64,000 nt of DNA from Octopus vulgaris (Eukaryota), in NCBI GenBank assembly GCA_951406725.2, contig OX597822.1, forward strand, positions 17,174,001 to 17,238,000, given 5' to 3'. A program made the translations under genes and the position numbers. Shown piece by piece: positions 48,691-64,000 of the stretch (its first letter is position 1; each line of letters starts with the position of its first letter). Below the pieces are notes generated by a model. It was given only the letters and a program-made list of their open reading frames with translations. It searched no databases and was not told the DNA's origin.

Positions 48691-51600
48691 TTATTATTAT
48701 TATTATTATTATTTCTGGGATGGTGGATGGGCAGAATTACCACAGCATTCAAAAAAAGAGTGCTTTGCAGTATTGGTTCCAGCTCTTTAGACTCTGAGAT
48801 CAAACCCTATCATCTTTATAGGGGGTTGCTTTAATCATCTGATCACCTTCATAAAAATTATTATCATTTTACACTTAAAGTTTGAAGGTTCAATAAAACA
48901 TGTAACTCATGACCCGTGGGCATTTTTTTTTTTTTTTTTGGTCAAGAAGGATAGAGGACAGGCTGCTTTCTCTGTCGAATGGCGATAGTGACAGATTTTT
49001 AAGTGAACAAGATTGAAAAGGCTAAAGACATCACTTTCTTCTTCAGCAAGCCCTCATCATTTTCTTCTAATGGAATCTGAAGAAAGTGAAAGTGGAGACA
49101 GAGTGAGAGTGACAAAAATGGCCAAGGTGAATGAGTGAACAGTCAGCATACCTTTTTTAAGACACTGAACACAACTGGGTGGAGATGGCACTTAACCTTT
49201 GGCAGTAAGCATGATCTTGGATATGTTGGTGTTCTTTGATTGACCCTAGGTAGTTCTCCCTTTTATAGAGATTTCTCATTTCATTCCTTTGGTATACTGT
49301 TGTTTTGCAGACCTGTATTTACATAATTGGTTCTACATAAACACATGTTGTACTTGTAGCAAATAAAGAAATTATTATTATTGTTGTTGGTGGTGTTAGG
49401 GTAGTGGAATGGCAGAATGAATTGAGTCAGAGACAAGTTACCATACAGTAATTGGTTACCTCCCTTACTCTGTTAGATTTTCTTCTCATCATGTCAGAAT
49501 TCATAAAGTTCCAGTCACTATTACACTAGATTAAACTGACTTCTGCTAGCAGTCTGTTGGAAATTATCACCACCATCACCATCATCATCATCATTATCAT
49601 TATCCCCATCGTCACCATCATCATCATCATTATCATTATTATTATTATTATTATAAGAAGAATGAGTCAACAAAAGACCAGTCCATTCTATCCTCTTTAC
49701 ATTAATAGTGAACATACAATTTCAGTCAAGTTTAACTTGAATTAAACTAAGCTGATTTCCTTTACATAAGAAAAAGAAGAATGAAAAAAAGCAGAAGGAA
49801 AGAAAAGATGAGAAAAGAAAATGAGAAAGAAGAATTTAAACAACAGTCTACTTTTAACCAACAAGTCAAGTGGTTTTTAGAGCAATCTCTCAGATGTGAA
49901 CTAGTGAAGTGGAACTAAATGAATGCAAAATACAGAATTGATAACTTTAGTCGTGTATAATGGACCTCTCAACAGGTTTTGATCTTTATTCATTTTTTTG
50001 TTATGACTTGCTACAATGAATAGATATTTCCAACTAAATATCTGTTCATTGAGTGGAGAGGGGTTATCTTGTTTGTTTCATTTTGTTCTTTATCAGGAGC
50101 TAATTTTTCACATACATGAAGCTTACACTTCAACAATTTGACTACTCTGATATGGAACAGAGCAAATGTCCTTCAAAAACATCCTTGAAGAACATTTAAA
50201 GAAGCTTGCCATTTAGATGAGAAAGGTTGGTTAAATATGATAAGTGTGATATTTTCATAATTTTTTCTTTTTTTTTTCAAATGTCATTAAAGAGCCTTTA
50301 TTAGTAATAATGAAATTACTCTTTAACAGATCCAAATAAACACGACCCCCTTCCCCTTCCCAACAACTAGATTTTTATCTATTCAAACAAATCTGAATTT
50401 ATTGCCTTTCATTTGTAAATTAACATTGTAAAAAATATCACAGTTCATAGACATTTCTATGCAGCAAGTGTAATAAACTTCTTGGTTTTCTTTCAAATTC
50501 TTTAATTTTTCAGGATTTCTTATGTTCATTATATTTCTTATTAGAATTCCTAGGGCCACAAAATGAAATCTTGGTTCTAGATCGCTGTTGGAATTTCACA
50601 TCCACAGGCAAGTTCTTTTAATGGCATACCATAATACTTAAGAGATCAAGATAGTAATTTTGGAATTAATAGTACCACAAGCATTCTTCGGGGAATAAAC
50701 ATAGGGGTTGTTTCATTAACTTATTCTATTTTTAGTTTTAAAGATGTCAGGCAAAGATAAAAGTTCACAACCACCATTCAAAAGAGATATAGAAATAGAA
50801 ACCAAACAAGAGAATAAGATCTCTTTTAACTTTGTCTTTTAGCAAGATGAGTCATTAAGTCTCATTTGTCGCGTCAGTTGCTCAGCTGGATAAGAAGGAA
50901 TTATTATGCTTAATTCCAGACACATATGGTCAACATTATAAAGAGCCCAGCAATACTTGAAAAAGCATGAGCATGTATGTGTGGGTATCAATGTACATAT
51001 ACATACGTGTGTGTATTATATATATGTATAAATATATATACATGTAGATGTAGTTATTCATTTGTTTTTATGGCCTTTTTTTCCATGTGAGTATGAGTTA
51101 GACAAATATGTTCTCAAAGCGTTATTTTACATCTGGACACCCATCCTGTTTGTAAAACTTAACTATTTTTTAAATAAGGGATTTCTTTTCCTATTTCTTC
51201 AAAGGTACAGAATCAGTAGACAGAGGAAATGATAAAAGGAATACACACACACACACACAGACACACACACACACAGATACACGCACACACACACACAGCT
51301 AGATACAGGCATGGCTATGTGGTTAAGAAGTTCACTTGCTATGAAATGGCAACAATGTCATTGCTTGTAACTCGGAGATTTTCAGAGGAAAGCAAATGCC
51401 AACACACACATATACAGTGATGGCTTTCTTCCAGTTTCATTCACAAGGCTTTGGTTGGCCTGGGCTACAAAAGAGGACACTTGCTCAAGGTACTGTGCAA
51501 TGGGACTGAACCAAAAACTCCTGGGCTAGGAAGCAAACGTTTTATCAACACAGCCGTACCTGCACCAAGCTAAGTGCATATGCACACACGATTAAGTATA

Positions 51601-51968
51601 AATTCCTTTTGCCTTGTCATGCACATGTTGATTGTAAACAGAGAGCCATCATATATACCGGCAGTGTTGTTTGTTTATAATGCCCCATGAAAGCACATCC
51701 AGGATATTTGTTACTTGACAGACATGGAGAAATATTACCATGCTTGGAAACAGGTGAGAACTGACAACAGGAACAGTATCAGGCCAAAGAAAAGTTATTG
51801 TCTAACTCAACCAAGCATGAAAAAATGGACATTAAAACGATGGTGATGAGATATATGTATACACCAGTAAACCTAAACAAGATAAAGACTACATTTTGGC
51901 TTCAACAACAAAATAACTTCCACACTCAGGAAATTGATTTTCTCAAATGGCTCCAGAGGCTCGTTAGG

Positions 51969-52855
51969 GGTAGTGGATAATTTCTGCTACCTAGGGGCCA
52001 AAATTAGTAGAGGGAGTGGATGTAATGGAGAGTGTAATAGCTAGAATAAGTATAAGATGGAGAAAATTCAGAGAGCTTTCACCTCTGTTGGCAATCTCCA
52101 AGTCAAAGGAAGATCATATGAGGCATGTTTACAGACAGCAATTCTACATGGTGGTGAGATGTGGGCCCTGAATGCAGAGGACATGTGAAGGCTTAGAGAG
52201 GAATGAGGCTAGTACGCCCCACTGGATGTGTAATGTTAGTGTGCTATTGTGACAGTGTTAGTGTGTTGAGAGAGAAGTTAAACATAAGAGGAATTAGATG
52301 CGATGTGCAAGAGAGAAGACTGCACTGGTTTGGTCATGTGATGTGGATGGATGCTGACAGCTCCATAAAGAAGTGCTGATCTTCAAAGTCGTTGCAACTC
52401 ATGAAAGAGGGAGAGCCAGGAAGTCGAAGTCATGGGATGGAGTACTGAAGTACAAACTCAGGATGCTGAATCTTTCAGAAGAGATGACAAAGGACTGGGA
52501 TACCTGGTGCCTTGCTGTAGTCAAGAAGACTCAACTTTCACAGCACAAGTGTTAAGGGCCCCATCCCCTGGTGAAGAGTCTTGCGCTGGTACCATGTAAA
52601 AAGCACTAATGCCGGTGCCACATAAGTGAAACTCATGCCAGTGCCATGTAAAAGCACTCGTGCAAGTGGCACATTAAAAGCACCCAGCATACACTGTAAA
52701 GTGGTAGGCATTAGGAAGGGCACTCTGCTATAGAAACCAAGCCAAAGCAGACTGGAACCTGGTGCCGCTCTCTGGCTTGCCAACTCTGGTCAAACCATCC
52801 AACCCATGCCAGCATGGAAAACAGATGTTAAAGCGTGATGATGATGATGATGATG
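51969..52855 (+). mobile_element. Degraded 5'-truncated RTE copy
   Basis: Diverged match to 37055-37640 (gctagaataag, gtgcaagagagaagactgcactgg), then UTR modules, tail and (GAT)n. Confidence 0.85.
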
Positions 52856-53313
52856 TATTATTCTAACAACAATTAACATCAGAACATAAACATATTTAAA
52901 GTATTCACAAGTACCACATATTTTCTGACAAAAATGAATGGCAATGTTCCAGTTGAAAAAATACATTCCATCCATCACAGATTTTACTGGTTCTGCCTGT
53001 ATACCAAATTTTCCCCCTAAAAATACCAACAAAGACCACAAAACAGCACACTTAGTAAAATTACAGATGAGAGTCAAACCCCATCCACAGATCACCTGGA
53101 CAAAAACAAAAACACTAAGACTGAAAGTACAGGTGTGTCTTACTGGAAGGGAGAGTTTGCAGCTCCACTCCTCAGTGTCATTACTGAGGAAGGTATATGT
53201 GATCAGTGTGTGTGTGTGTTTGTGTGTATTTTGTATCACATGTATTTGCTTCTGTTGACTGAGCCATTTTTTAAAAACATTTTATTTCAATTGAGAATAT
53301 AATTTAGAAATAA

Positions 53314-53359
<46 letters not shown>

Positions 53360-53400
53360 ATGCATGTGTGTTTACATACATACACATATAAATACATACA

Positions 53401-53431
<31 letters not shown>

Positions 53432-54699
53432 CTGTTCAATTGTTTAATAATGTTTATGTTTGCACCCATGCATAAAAACATTCCACTCAGTTCCTTTTTT
53501 TATTGTTACTCATGTATATATATGTATCCTATATTTATAAATGTACCAATTATCTGTCAAGCTGTTCAGCACTCTCAATGATTATCTCATTCAGATTAAA
53601 TAACATTACACTGCCTAGGTTCAATGTTTCTCCACCTACCATTTCACTGCTGGCATGTAGTGAAAGTTAAGCAGTCTAACTTTTATTCCTCCAGTATTTG
53701 TCACTAACTTTCCAAGAATTATTTCTTGCTGATCTCCAAAACGACCACAAAATTTTTTAAAAAATCTGTTCTAAGTCAATTTATGTCAACAACTGCTATG
53801 CATTGTGCAACTAAATTAAGAGACTACTTTTCGTTTAAGTTTGACTGGTGAGGTGAAGAGTCAGTGAAACATCTAAATGTGACAACTTGTGGGAAATTCG
53901 AAGCCCATTTTATTTTTTATAATTTGTTTCATTCAAACATCAAGTTATAGCACCAACCACTCATTGAATCACTGTGCATTCTCACTGGATGAATATCTTG
54001 CTTAGATAAACTCAAATTGTACTACTTACAATAATGCATATACATCAGCTTCGTATAAATACATACATGTGCACACACACACACACACACGTACATATTA
54101 TATGTAATGCAGAGAGTAAATAGAAAAGCATGTGCACACACATACACATGCAGCAGCAAATACTTCTTTTTGTTTCAAAAGTATTTTTACACCATCTCAG
54201 TGCAAAGCCTTTAGTTGACAATTTTATCAATGCCTACAGCCTAACATAAGTCTTTACTCGTAACATGTACCTCACACACAGAGATATAAATCCAAATTTA
54301 TGCCTATTACTGTTATTTATGCACTTAGTTTTGTGAGTAAATGTCCAAGCTGTGATCTGAAAAAGCTAGTTTTCAAGCAAAGATAATGATCAGTTAAAAT
54401 GCACTTCACAAACAAAAACTTTATCAGCAGAAATGTGAACAAGACTTTCCAAAAATTCAGTTTCACTACTGTTATCAAAATTCCTGTGGTGGAGCTTTGT
54501 TCTTCATTTAAAAATTGTCTCCTTTTTTTTGATAGGATGCATTCATATAATCAGAAAAGACACGCTTAAATGTCACATGTACATACATCTCTCTCTCCCC
54601 CTCTCTATGTATGTATATATGTGTGTGTGTGTGTGTATCTCTCTCTCTCCATATATATATATATATATGGAGAAAGAGAAAGAGGTATATACACACACC

Positions 54700-55115
54700 C
54701 AGGCATGGCTGAGTGGTAAGAAGCTTACTGCCCAACCACATGGTTCTGGGTTCAATCCCACTGTGTGGAACCTTGGGCAAGTGTCTTCTGCTATAGCCTC
54801 AGGCCAATCAAAAGCCTTGTGAGTGGATTTGGTTGACAGAAAATGAAAGAAGCCCATTGTGTGTGTATATATAAAAGTATATATGTATGTGTGTGTGTGA
54901 GAATCTGTTTTTCCCCACCACTGCTTAACAACCAGTGTTGGTGTGTTCATGTCCCCATAACTTAGCGGTTCAGCAAAAGACACTGATAGAATAAGTACAA
55001 GGCTTTAGAAAATGAAAACAAAGTACTGGGGCTGATTCATTTGGCTAAAATTCTCCAAGGTGGTGCCCCAGCATGGCCGCAGTCTAATGACTGAAAGTAG
55101 TAAAAGAATAAAAGA
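54700..55115 (+). mobile_element. Full-length tRNA-derived SINE with a CORE-like segment and internal (TG/TA)n; second copy at 40497-40855(+), partial copies at 7760-7895(-), 24230-24380(-), 45005-45090(+), 51415-51565(-)
   Basis: tggctgagtggtaag (A box), gggttcaatccc (B box), ccttgggcaagtgtcttc (CORE-like), a microsatellite, then gtccccataacttagcggttc...ggtgccccagcatggcc...gactgaaa. Confidence 0.82.
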
Positions 55116-57984
55116 ACACACATACACATGTATAGACATACATATGTATATACAGACGTTCACTCTGCAGCTGTTTTGAATGAATATTTTATCAAGTGAC
55201 ACTTCATATGACTTTCAGTCTAAACAACTGTGGTGGGATTGTCTGTATAAATGAATGCATATTACGTCTACAGTTTGTTTTGCATACACATTGAGTACTA
55301 CTGCTGAATATGTCCTTGAAAAGACTTGTGAGTCATGCAAAAATATATGAAATATTAATAAAGTTGGGGCTTTAAATAAATATTTAAATATGATTCATTT
55401 TCTAAGTATAATGCAAAACTCTAACCAAAAGAATGATCCGTCATATTCCTACACACACACACATTTATAGATAGATAAACAGACAGACAAATAGATAGAA
55501 AACATGAAATATGCTTCTAAACCATAAAATATTGAATAATTATGATGATAAATTTTCTTATAAGCAGATCTTTGCATAACATATTTTAGTCATTGAGTCA
55601 AAAGTATAAGCCAAATAAAATCGCATATTGCAAAATATTTAAAGTACAAAACAAAAAGAAAAAATTAAGTATTATTAATGTATAAATGACATGGAAAAAT
55701 TAAACTGCTTTTACAGTTATCACAGAAATTAATTTGTGCTTAGAATACTTCCCAAGACTAGTTAAATCTATTTCCAGCTTGATGTTGGTTATTGTATTCT
55801 GAACAGTTCATTGATTATGGTAGACATAATAATTTTCATTTTTCTCTTATTGAAATAACTACAGCTTTAATTGCCTTACAGAAAATATTTATAACTTTAG
55901 TCGATACTCTGAAGCTCTGCACATTGTGATATTGTATAATACTCTCATAAAAAGAATTGCATTGAAAAGTGATAATTTTAACCATAAAAATCTGAAAAAA
56001 GCAGCATCAAACAATGAACAACTATAATTAAGAGAATTTTTTCTTTTGGAGTAAACAGGAAAAATAAATAAATGAATAGATAAAATGAAAAAAAAATAAT
56101 TAAATTATCAAAAATTAGCGTTAGGACATAAATTCACATTCTGTTATAGATGTCATTTCAAATATGAGGTAGATTTCTAAGAAAATATTTTGAAATTACC
56201 AAAACACAGGCAACATTGTCTCATCTGAGTACAGAGCATGAGAAAAGCATTAGCCAGACTCTTGTGGGTATCTCTTTGATCAAAGAAGTGAATGAAGTAG
56301 ATGACACTGGTTTAGTGACTATGAAGTTTTAAAAATTGTAAGCTAGGATAATATGGGAATGTGAAAAGGGGTACGTTTTCATACTAAACAATGGTCAATG
56401 AAATAAGGAATCAAAAGAGAATCATCTGTTGAGTTCACTCATCTTTAAGAACAAATAAAAGAAGATATTTAGAAAGAAGAAAAAAAAAAGAAAAGAAATT
56501 AATTGTATATAAAAGTGAGATAAATTGTACAGTCAAGCAGAATGGAATGCTTTGAACCTACTAAACCTAACTTTGATTTTAAATGAATATTCATATGTAT
56601 TTATACAGAATTTAAATGCAAGTGCATACATTAACATTATATTACAAAGTGAAATACAAAATAGCCTCATAATAATTGTGTAGATATTTATTAACCACTA
56701 GCTTTTTGAAATTCTAACATTTTCACATTTAAAGTTGTTTAAATAATTGTTTTAAATCTTAAGAGTTAACTAGAACAAGTTGCTTTGAGCAAGTATTAAA
56801 TGAACTTTTCCATGAAAAGATATTGCTAAATACATATATTTTCAAATAAATCTTTTGAACATAAACTGTAACTTTATGTCAGGAAATATTGCTAATTATC
56901 AGGAAATAACTCAAATTAAATACTTCATAAAAAATGCGATTCTGGATGATGGAAAATAATGAAATATTTAAAAATTAAGAGTCATTATAAATATCAAAAG
57001 GTATTAAATTATCAGAATGTTAATTTACATACTCGTTATTATTAAAGAATTATGATGCACAAACAGAACATATTTATTTACTAAAATGGCACTATCTAAC
57101 AATAAAGAAATGATTAAGATTTAAAAAAAACTTCACTAGAAAAACATCCAGTGAACTTTTATGTAGACAATATGGGGAAAAGAAATAAGAAAAATGAGTA
57201 TTTTAATTTTCTTCTTTTATTTAGTTTCCTTTTGTCTGTTTCACACTTTTAAACACAATTTACTTGAAACATCAACGATAATTTGTGATTAAAGAAAAAA
57301 AAATCAGCTTGGAGCTCTTTTAATAACAAACCAATTAACTGAGAGAAGGTTTCAAGAGAGAAGAAACAAATTGCCTATGGAGCAACAAGTTATTCTGATA
57401 ACTAGTTTGACATGTTGCATGGAAAGCCAAACAGTTGATATTTAGACAAAAGATAATGTTGATAAAGCAAAAGGACTTCAAAGACAAGCAAAAAGGTTTA
57501 AATGGATTCCATTAAAGATATCGATTCCATTTTGTTATCAAGTCATGAACTATTCCAGATATAAGCTTTAAGTAGAGGAAGAAGGAGATCGTCATGATAG
57601 ATGGGAGATAGGATCTCAGAGCATTTAGTTAATTATTATTCATCACAAAATGTACAACACATACAATGATAAGCATACAAATTGATATTTGTAAATGAGA
57701 CTGGTCTCATAGAGAAGGGCTTATTTGTTGTATGCTTATTGCTGAATGATGATTTACTTAAAATATTAAAAATTCTAGATAATTCTTCAATAATGATCCT
57801 ATTTCCTCCTATTTTAAGCATACAACTTCCCTATCTATATAAACTTTAATATATATGCTAATTTTAACACTTCATTAAACAGAGGAAATAAAAACTTTAC
57901 ATGAGAGGACAATCAGTTCAAGTTTATGAGTTTTAGGTCCTAAGATATTTATGATAGCACATAAAATTAATACTACCACAAACA

Positions 57985-58332
57985 AATTGATCATTGCCAG
58001 AGCAGCTATCTGGCCTCTGTGCTGGTGGCACGTAAAAGACATCATTCAAGCGTGATCGTTACCAGCATCGTCTTACTGGCACCTGTGCCGTTGGCATGTG
58101 TAAAAGATTCAAGTGAGGTCATTGCCAGTACCGCCTGACTGGCCCCGTGCCAGTGGCACGTAAAAGCACCCACTGCACTCTCGGAGTGGTAGGTGTTAGG
58201 AAGGGCATCCAGCTGTAGAAACTCTGCTAGATCAAGATTGAAGCCTGGTGCAGCCATCTGGTTCACCAGCTTTCAGTCAATCGTCCAACCCATGCTAGCA
58301 AGGAAAGCAGACAGTAAACGATGATGATGATG
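57985..58332 (+). mobile_element. RTE 3' UTR fragment
   Basis: Three gtgcc(a/g)gtggcacgtaaaag-type modules followed by the family tail. Confidence 0.85.
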
Positions 58333-61300
58333 AGGAGGAGGAGGAGGATGTTGATAAAGGTGATGATAACGACGACAATTGTCGAGGCTAATAGAAACTT
58401 GATAACACACAAGAAACGTGCCTTTCTTTTAAAAGTACATGTAAAAAATGTAAGAAAGAAAATTTAATAAAAATGCAAATGTATTCGACTAACTGGTGTG
58501 TCACATAAATAATTTAAATTACAGCTGTAATAAGAAAGTGATAATGTAATATTTATATACACATGAATCTTTGCATTTTTTTTTTCTGGGAATTGTATTT
58601 TATGCTTTAATGAAAATTACAAAATTATTGCATTGGGAATTTGTTCATTTGCATTTTATAATGAATTTCATTATCATACTGATTGAATATTATAATGATA
58701 TTAAATGAATAATAAAAAAATTATCAGTTAACAATGACCAAACAAATTATTAAACAGTAAATTAGTTGATTGTTCTACTTTTTAAGACTCCAACAACTTT
58801 TCAATACTCGAAATTGCTTTCAATCAAAGAAAGTATTTCTATCTCATCTTTAAACAAGATTGGTCTGATCCCTAAAGAGATGGAAAATACCCCCTGACTT
58901 TAGAAGTGTGTTGAAATGTTGCCAAGATTCTTCATCTATTTACTCTACTTGGTATTCCGTTCTGAAGACGATGCAACATCTCTAATTCCTAACACTCAAC
59001 TAAATTGCTATGCAGTTAATGCTAAAGTCTCTGTGGAAGCTTTTTATTCTATTGATTATTGTCACAGCAATAAGAAATGGTAAATACTATTCTAGAAGCT
59101 GATTGATACTGTGTAAGTAATGGAAATAAATGATGAATACTTGGAGGAAAACTATTATAGCCGATGGTATTAGAATCTTTCAACTGTCAGTAATGTAGAT
59201 AAACAACTATACAAACACTTTGAATGACATTTAAGCTGATTTTACATGAAAAAGAGACATGAGCAGGATGAAAATATATTCAACATGTTTACTTTTAAAT
59301 CTTGAAATTAGTTTGTCTTTTAATTATTTGGAGATTCAATAGAACTCTTAAGATTTAATGATATCCCAATAAATGGCAAGCTTTTTCGTAAGATAAAAAT
59401 AGATAGGCAAATAGAGACAGACATTTAGAGATTTGATATATACATAGACAAGAATGCAAAGAACTGGCTTTACTTTCAATTATAACAGAATCAAGAGAGA
59501 TGGTGCAGCAGGAATGACAAAACGTCTGACTGCTTTGCAAGAGTTCTTTTTTGTTCTTAAGTATCAGGTAGATTATATAGAGTTAAATTCAGCCAAGAAG
59601 ATCACCTCAGCCCCATTGAAATTTGTGTCTTTTACTAAAGGAATATGATAGGAAACCAAAAACCAAATTATTTCTCCTTTTTTATTAGTGAGAAATAATG
59701 AAATAAGCAACAGAATGCATAAATAATTGTTTCTAATTTAGGTACAAGGACTAGTTTGGGGGAAGGGATTAGTTGATTACATTCACTCCCCCCCATCCCA
59801 ACCCTAGTGCTAGACTGATACTTTATTTTAACAACCATTGAAAGGCTGAAAATCAAAACTGGCCTCAGCAGGATTTGAACTCAGGATGCAAAGAGCTTGA
59901 ACTAAATATCTTAGGTGATGAACGATCAAAAGGGAATGACAAATGGAAGTTTTTAATGTTCATGCCTCTCAAATCAAAGTCACACTAAACACGTCATGAG
60001 CTTACAACTAACATAATAGAGATTGCTTGGAGATTTTGTATAGGAGAGTATCCGGGGCTCCTCCATTGGAATAAAGGGTTCAAATCAAAATTTAGTGAAA
60101 ACATCTAACAATCAAAATATTTCACTTTTCAATTGCAAATGTCAATGCATCAGTTTCACTGCAACTGAAATGTGACCTGATGAAAAGACAGTCTTAGACC
60201 TTCAGCCTAAAATGCCACTACAGCATGGTCAAATATTTATTTTAGCACTTTAGATATTGACCCATGTAAAACTGTTTCTACCTGTGATACAAATTGCCCC
60301 TTTTAACTTGTTCATATTTAAATTGAAACCTTCCATCATGGAACATTTTATTGTTTCAAACAACAGCTTGATAATGAAGAAAGTTAATTATTTTGCAAAA
60401 ATCCCTTCAAATTCTTGATTATTTTCAAAATTAATTGAAACATGATGGAAATTTTGAGGTTTCCTTTTTTCTTAAAATAATGGGATACAAATAGATTGCT
60501 TTGACTGTTTTCTACTGAGCCATTTGTTAAGCAATGAAGAATTAATGAAGATATAATCAATTAGATAATTTGAATAGTGTGTTCACAGACAGTGTATCTA
60601 ATTTAGTAATCAAATACATATAGCAAAAAACCACAAAACATTAATTATGATTCCTTAGAAGTAATTAAATTGCACTTCATTAGTTGATATCAGTGAAGTT
60701 AACTGTGAAGTGTAAAACTGAACCTAGAGTAAAAAGGAAAGCATAAAGAGTTAGTGCAGAGGGGATGAAGCTTTTAACATTCTAGGCAAACCCTTCACTC
60801 AAAAGACTCGCCAACAAAGACCCACAACACCCTTATGGACAAGTTCTCTTAATTACAAAGACTAAGCCTGTTCAATTTCTACAACTAGATTTGAATACTT
60901 CACTGCAAATATCTTTTGTTAATTACATTTCTGTCTCGTGGATATGGAATAAAAAGCAAGATGACAAGACAGTTTGGAGTGGGGTGGAGGTGGAGGACCT
61001 AATTTTCTTCACTTTTACTTTTATCCTTATTTCATTTACAAAACTAATATTTAAATACAGACTGAATCTGTTAGAGGAAGCATAGAAATTTGTGAAACAG
61101 CACAAAGAATAAAACCAAATCTATAAATATTTTAAGGTAGATGTTTTTTGCTTCCACTATATTAGTAGGTCTCTTTTCCTTTCCTTACAAGCCTTTATAA
61201 ACAAAAATGATTCAAATAATATAATCAGATAGTTTTAAAGAAGTAATCTGTTCATTAAATATATATGATTAACCAAGTTCAATTATTCCATAGCAGCAAT

Positions 61301-62190
61301 TAAAGTAATTAAGATCATAAGAAAATAACTGCAATAGGAACAAGTACACAATACAATTATAGATGACTATAATTACAATAAACTATAATCATAGGTGATC
61401 TGCAGCTGATTTATAGACGACAGATACAGAGAGAGAAATTAGACAGAGAAAAATTCTTTGAAGAGCAGAAATTCTACCGAGGTAGGGAGAGTTCACTGAT
61501 AGGTTTGATGGATAATAAGAAATATTGCAATTTCAACATAAATTTGGAAAAAAAAACTATCTTTATTTACATATAAATTTATAAATTTTTTTCATTAAGA
61601 AAAGCATTTAAAAATCTAATAATTATAATGGCATTCAAAGAATATGTAGCAGTTTATTTACTACAAATGTATGCAGTGTAATATTTTCACACACACACAC
61701 ACACACACATGCATGTGCACACCCATTTCCAGACCATCAGTTATTTTCCTTTGTGTTTATAAAAATTGGTTTCTTAATCAAAGCAACACATCAGACAAAT
61801 TTATAAAGAAAGGGACAGTAGCAAATGGACTTTGTGCCATTCCTAATAGCATTAGCAACATTAGTTGATGTTTAGAACCAAGTAAGTCTGTCCTGACTAA
61901 CCAAACAGAATCTGGCCATTCATACTTCATCCATCGTTTGAGCATTGCACATCTCAGAAGTACATTGCCCAATATGTCCTTCCCATTTTAAAGATTCAGG
62001 CTGTAATTTGAGACAGATTTCGCTGCTATTTCTTGCAGACTTACTGATCATATTAGACTGAGCAGTAAAGTGAATTGCCTCAAATGGACAAGGTGTTGAA
62101 ATCAGCTCATCTCAACGAAAACCCATCTCAGTTTGCAAGAGAGTGTGAAAAGTAATAAAAACTATCATATTCGAATAATTATTGTTTCTA

Positions 62191-64000
62191 AATCATCATC
62201 ATCATCGTTTAACGTCCACTTTCCATGCTGGCATGGGTTGGACGGTTTGACTGAAAACTGGTGAGACAGATGCTGCACCAGGCTCAGTCTGATTTGGCAA
62301 AGTTTCTACAGCTGGATGCCCTTCCTAAAACCAACCACTCTGAGAGTGTAGTGGGTGCTTTTTACGTGCCACCAGCACGAGGGCCAGTCAGACGGTTCTG
62401 GCAATGACCATACTCAAAAGGAGTTTTTACGTGCTACCTGCACAGGAGCCAGTCTGGCAGCATTGGAAACAACCATGCACGAATGTTGTTTTCCATGTGC
62501 CACCGGCACATGTACTGGTATGGCGACACTGGCAATGATCATGCTCGAATGGTGCTTTTCACATGTCAGCGGCTCAAGAGCCAATCCATGGCCCTGGCAA
62601 CAATCATGGTCAGATATGCTTCTTTTAATGTTCCACTGGCACGAGTGCCAATCAGGCAGTACTGTCGATGGCCAATTTTGATTTCACTTGCCTCAATAGG
62701 TCTTCACAAGCAAAGTTTATTGTCTAATGAATGAGGGGTATCCATAAATGGGCTGGTTACTTGGCTTGTCGATCTTCTCAAGCACAGTATATCACAGTTA
62801 CTAGTCATTGCCTCGGTAAGGCCCAATGTTTGAAGGTCATGCTTCAACACCTCATCCGAGGTTTTCCTGGGTCTACCTCTTCCACAGGTTCCCTCAACTG
62901 CTAGGGTGTGACACTTTTTCACACAGCTATCCTCATTCATTCACAACACATGACCATACCAGCGCAGTCCTCTCTTTTGCACACCACATCTAATGCTTCT
63001 TAAATTCAACTTTTCTCTCAAGATACTTACACTCTGTCGTGTATGCATACTGACATTACACATATAGCGGAGCATACTGGCTTCATTCCTTGCGAGCTTA
63101 CACATATCCTCAGCAGTCACAGCCCATGCTTCACTGCCACATAGCATGGCTGTTCGCACACATGCATCATACAGTCTACCTTTTATGCTGAGCGAGAGGC
63201 CCTTTGTCACCAGCAGAGGCAGGAGCTCTCTGAACTTTGCCCAGGCTATTCTTATTCTAGCAGCTACACTTTCAGAACAACCACCCCTGCTACTGACTTG
63301 GTCCCTTAGGATCAACTAAGCTATCAACTACTTCTAGTTTTTCTATCTGGAATGTGACAGAAGCTGTTCTCTGCACATTTTCAGTGTTTATAACACCTGA
63401 GCATTTGCCACATACAAAAACTATCTTCCCAGTTAGTCTCCATTTCATATTGCTGCACCTCTTATGTGTCCATAGCTTATACTGGGTACATCTTATGGAG
63501 TTTCTACCTACGCCTTTTCTACAGATCGAGCAGGGATTTGTGGTTTGTCTGCCTTCCTACTTATTAAGACTTTGGTTTTAGCTAGGTTGACTCTAAGGCC
63601 CTTTGATTCTAATCCTTGCTTCCACACCTGAAACTTTTCCTCTAGTTCTGATAGTGACTCAGCAATTAGAGCAAGGTCATCAGCATAGAGGAGCTCCCAG
63701 GGGCATCCTGTCTTGAATTCTTCCGTTATTGCTTGGAGGACTATGATAAATAGGTGGGGGCTGAGGACTGAACCTTGGTGGACCCCCTACCTCTACCCGG
63801 AATTCTTCACTGTACTCGTTGCCAACCCTCACCTTACTAGCAGCGTCCCTGTACATGGCTCGCACAGCTCTCACTAACCATTCATGTATCCCTAGTTTCC
63901 TCATTGACCACCAGATAAGAGATTAGGGGATCCTGTCAAAGGCTTTCTCCATGTCAACGAAAGCCAGGTACAGAGGTTTATCTTTGGCTAGATATTTCTC
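62191..64000 (-). mobile_element. RTE LINE copy (RT region to 3' tail) running off the window end, with frameshifts
   Basis: Minus-strand peptides MRKLGIHEWLVRAVRAMYRDAASKVRVG, YADDLALIA and DQVSSRGGCSESVAARIRIAWAKFRELLPLL. (ATC)n plus gtttaacgtcc tail at 62191. Confidence 0.92.

Noticed and set aside
52860-53095. Minus-strand acceptor tttttgtttttgtccag with an open frame behind it
   Set aside because: No convincing donor and no recognisable protein; the ORF runs into an RTE tail.
54700-54775. tRNA-like A and B boxes, also at 23175 and 48470
   Set aside because: These are SINE heads continuing into SINE bodies; no complete cloverleaf is evident.

Overview
AT-rich, intron-like eukaryotic DNA packed with microsatellites and interspersed repeats, with one 100-N assembly gap. 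The repeat families look like those of octopus (coleoid cephalopod) genomes; this is recognition from memory, not a search result. The only well-supported host coding sequence is a 306-nt minus-strand internal exon (25332-25637) of an RXYLT1/TMEM5 (ribitol-5-phosphate xylosyltransferase) orthologue. I could not find its neighbouring exons, so most of the window is probably large introns. The dominant element is an RTE-clade LINE. One copy is near full length (~34360-38437): AP endonuclease plus reverse transcriptase, a C4HC3 PHD-type finger inserted in the C-terminal RT region, and two CGA>TGA stops. About 20 truncated copies or 3' tails ending in (GAT)n lie on both strands. Also present: several tRNA-derived SINE families, three R4/Dong-like restriction-endonuclease LINE 3' fragments, an internally deleted mariner, TTAA/piggyBac-type MITEs, and two candidate minimal type I hammerhead ribozymes of the Penelope-like kind, one next to a 65-bp near-perfect inverted repeat. 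The best leads are the PHD-bearing RTE, a recurring tails-outward pairing of RTE 3' ends, the hammerhead cassettes, and SINEs that appear to swap 3' modules at an internal microsatellite. No CRISPR array, rRNA, intact tRNA or operon-like system is visible. Most short ORFs in the track are repeat or microsatellite artefacts. Repeat boundaries were read by eye and are approximate.
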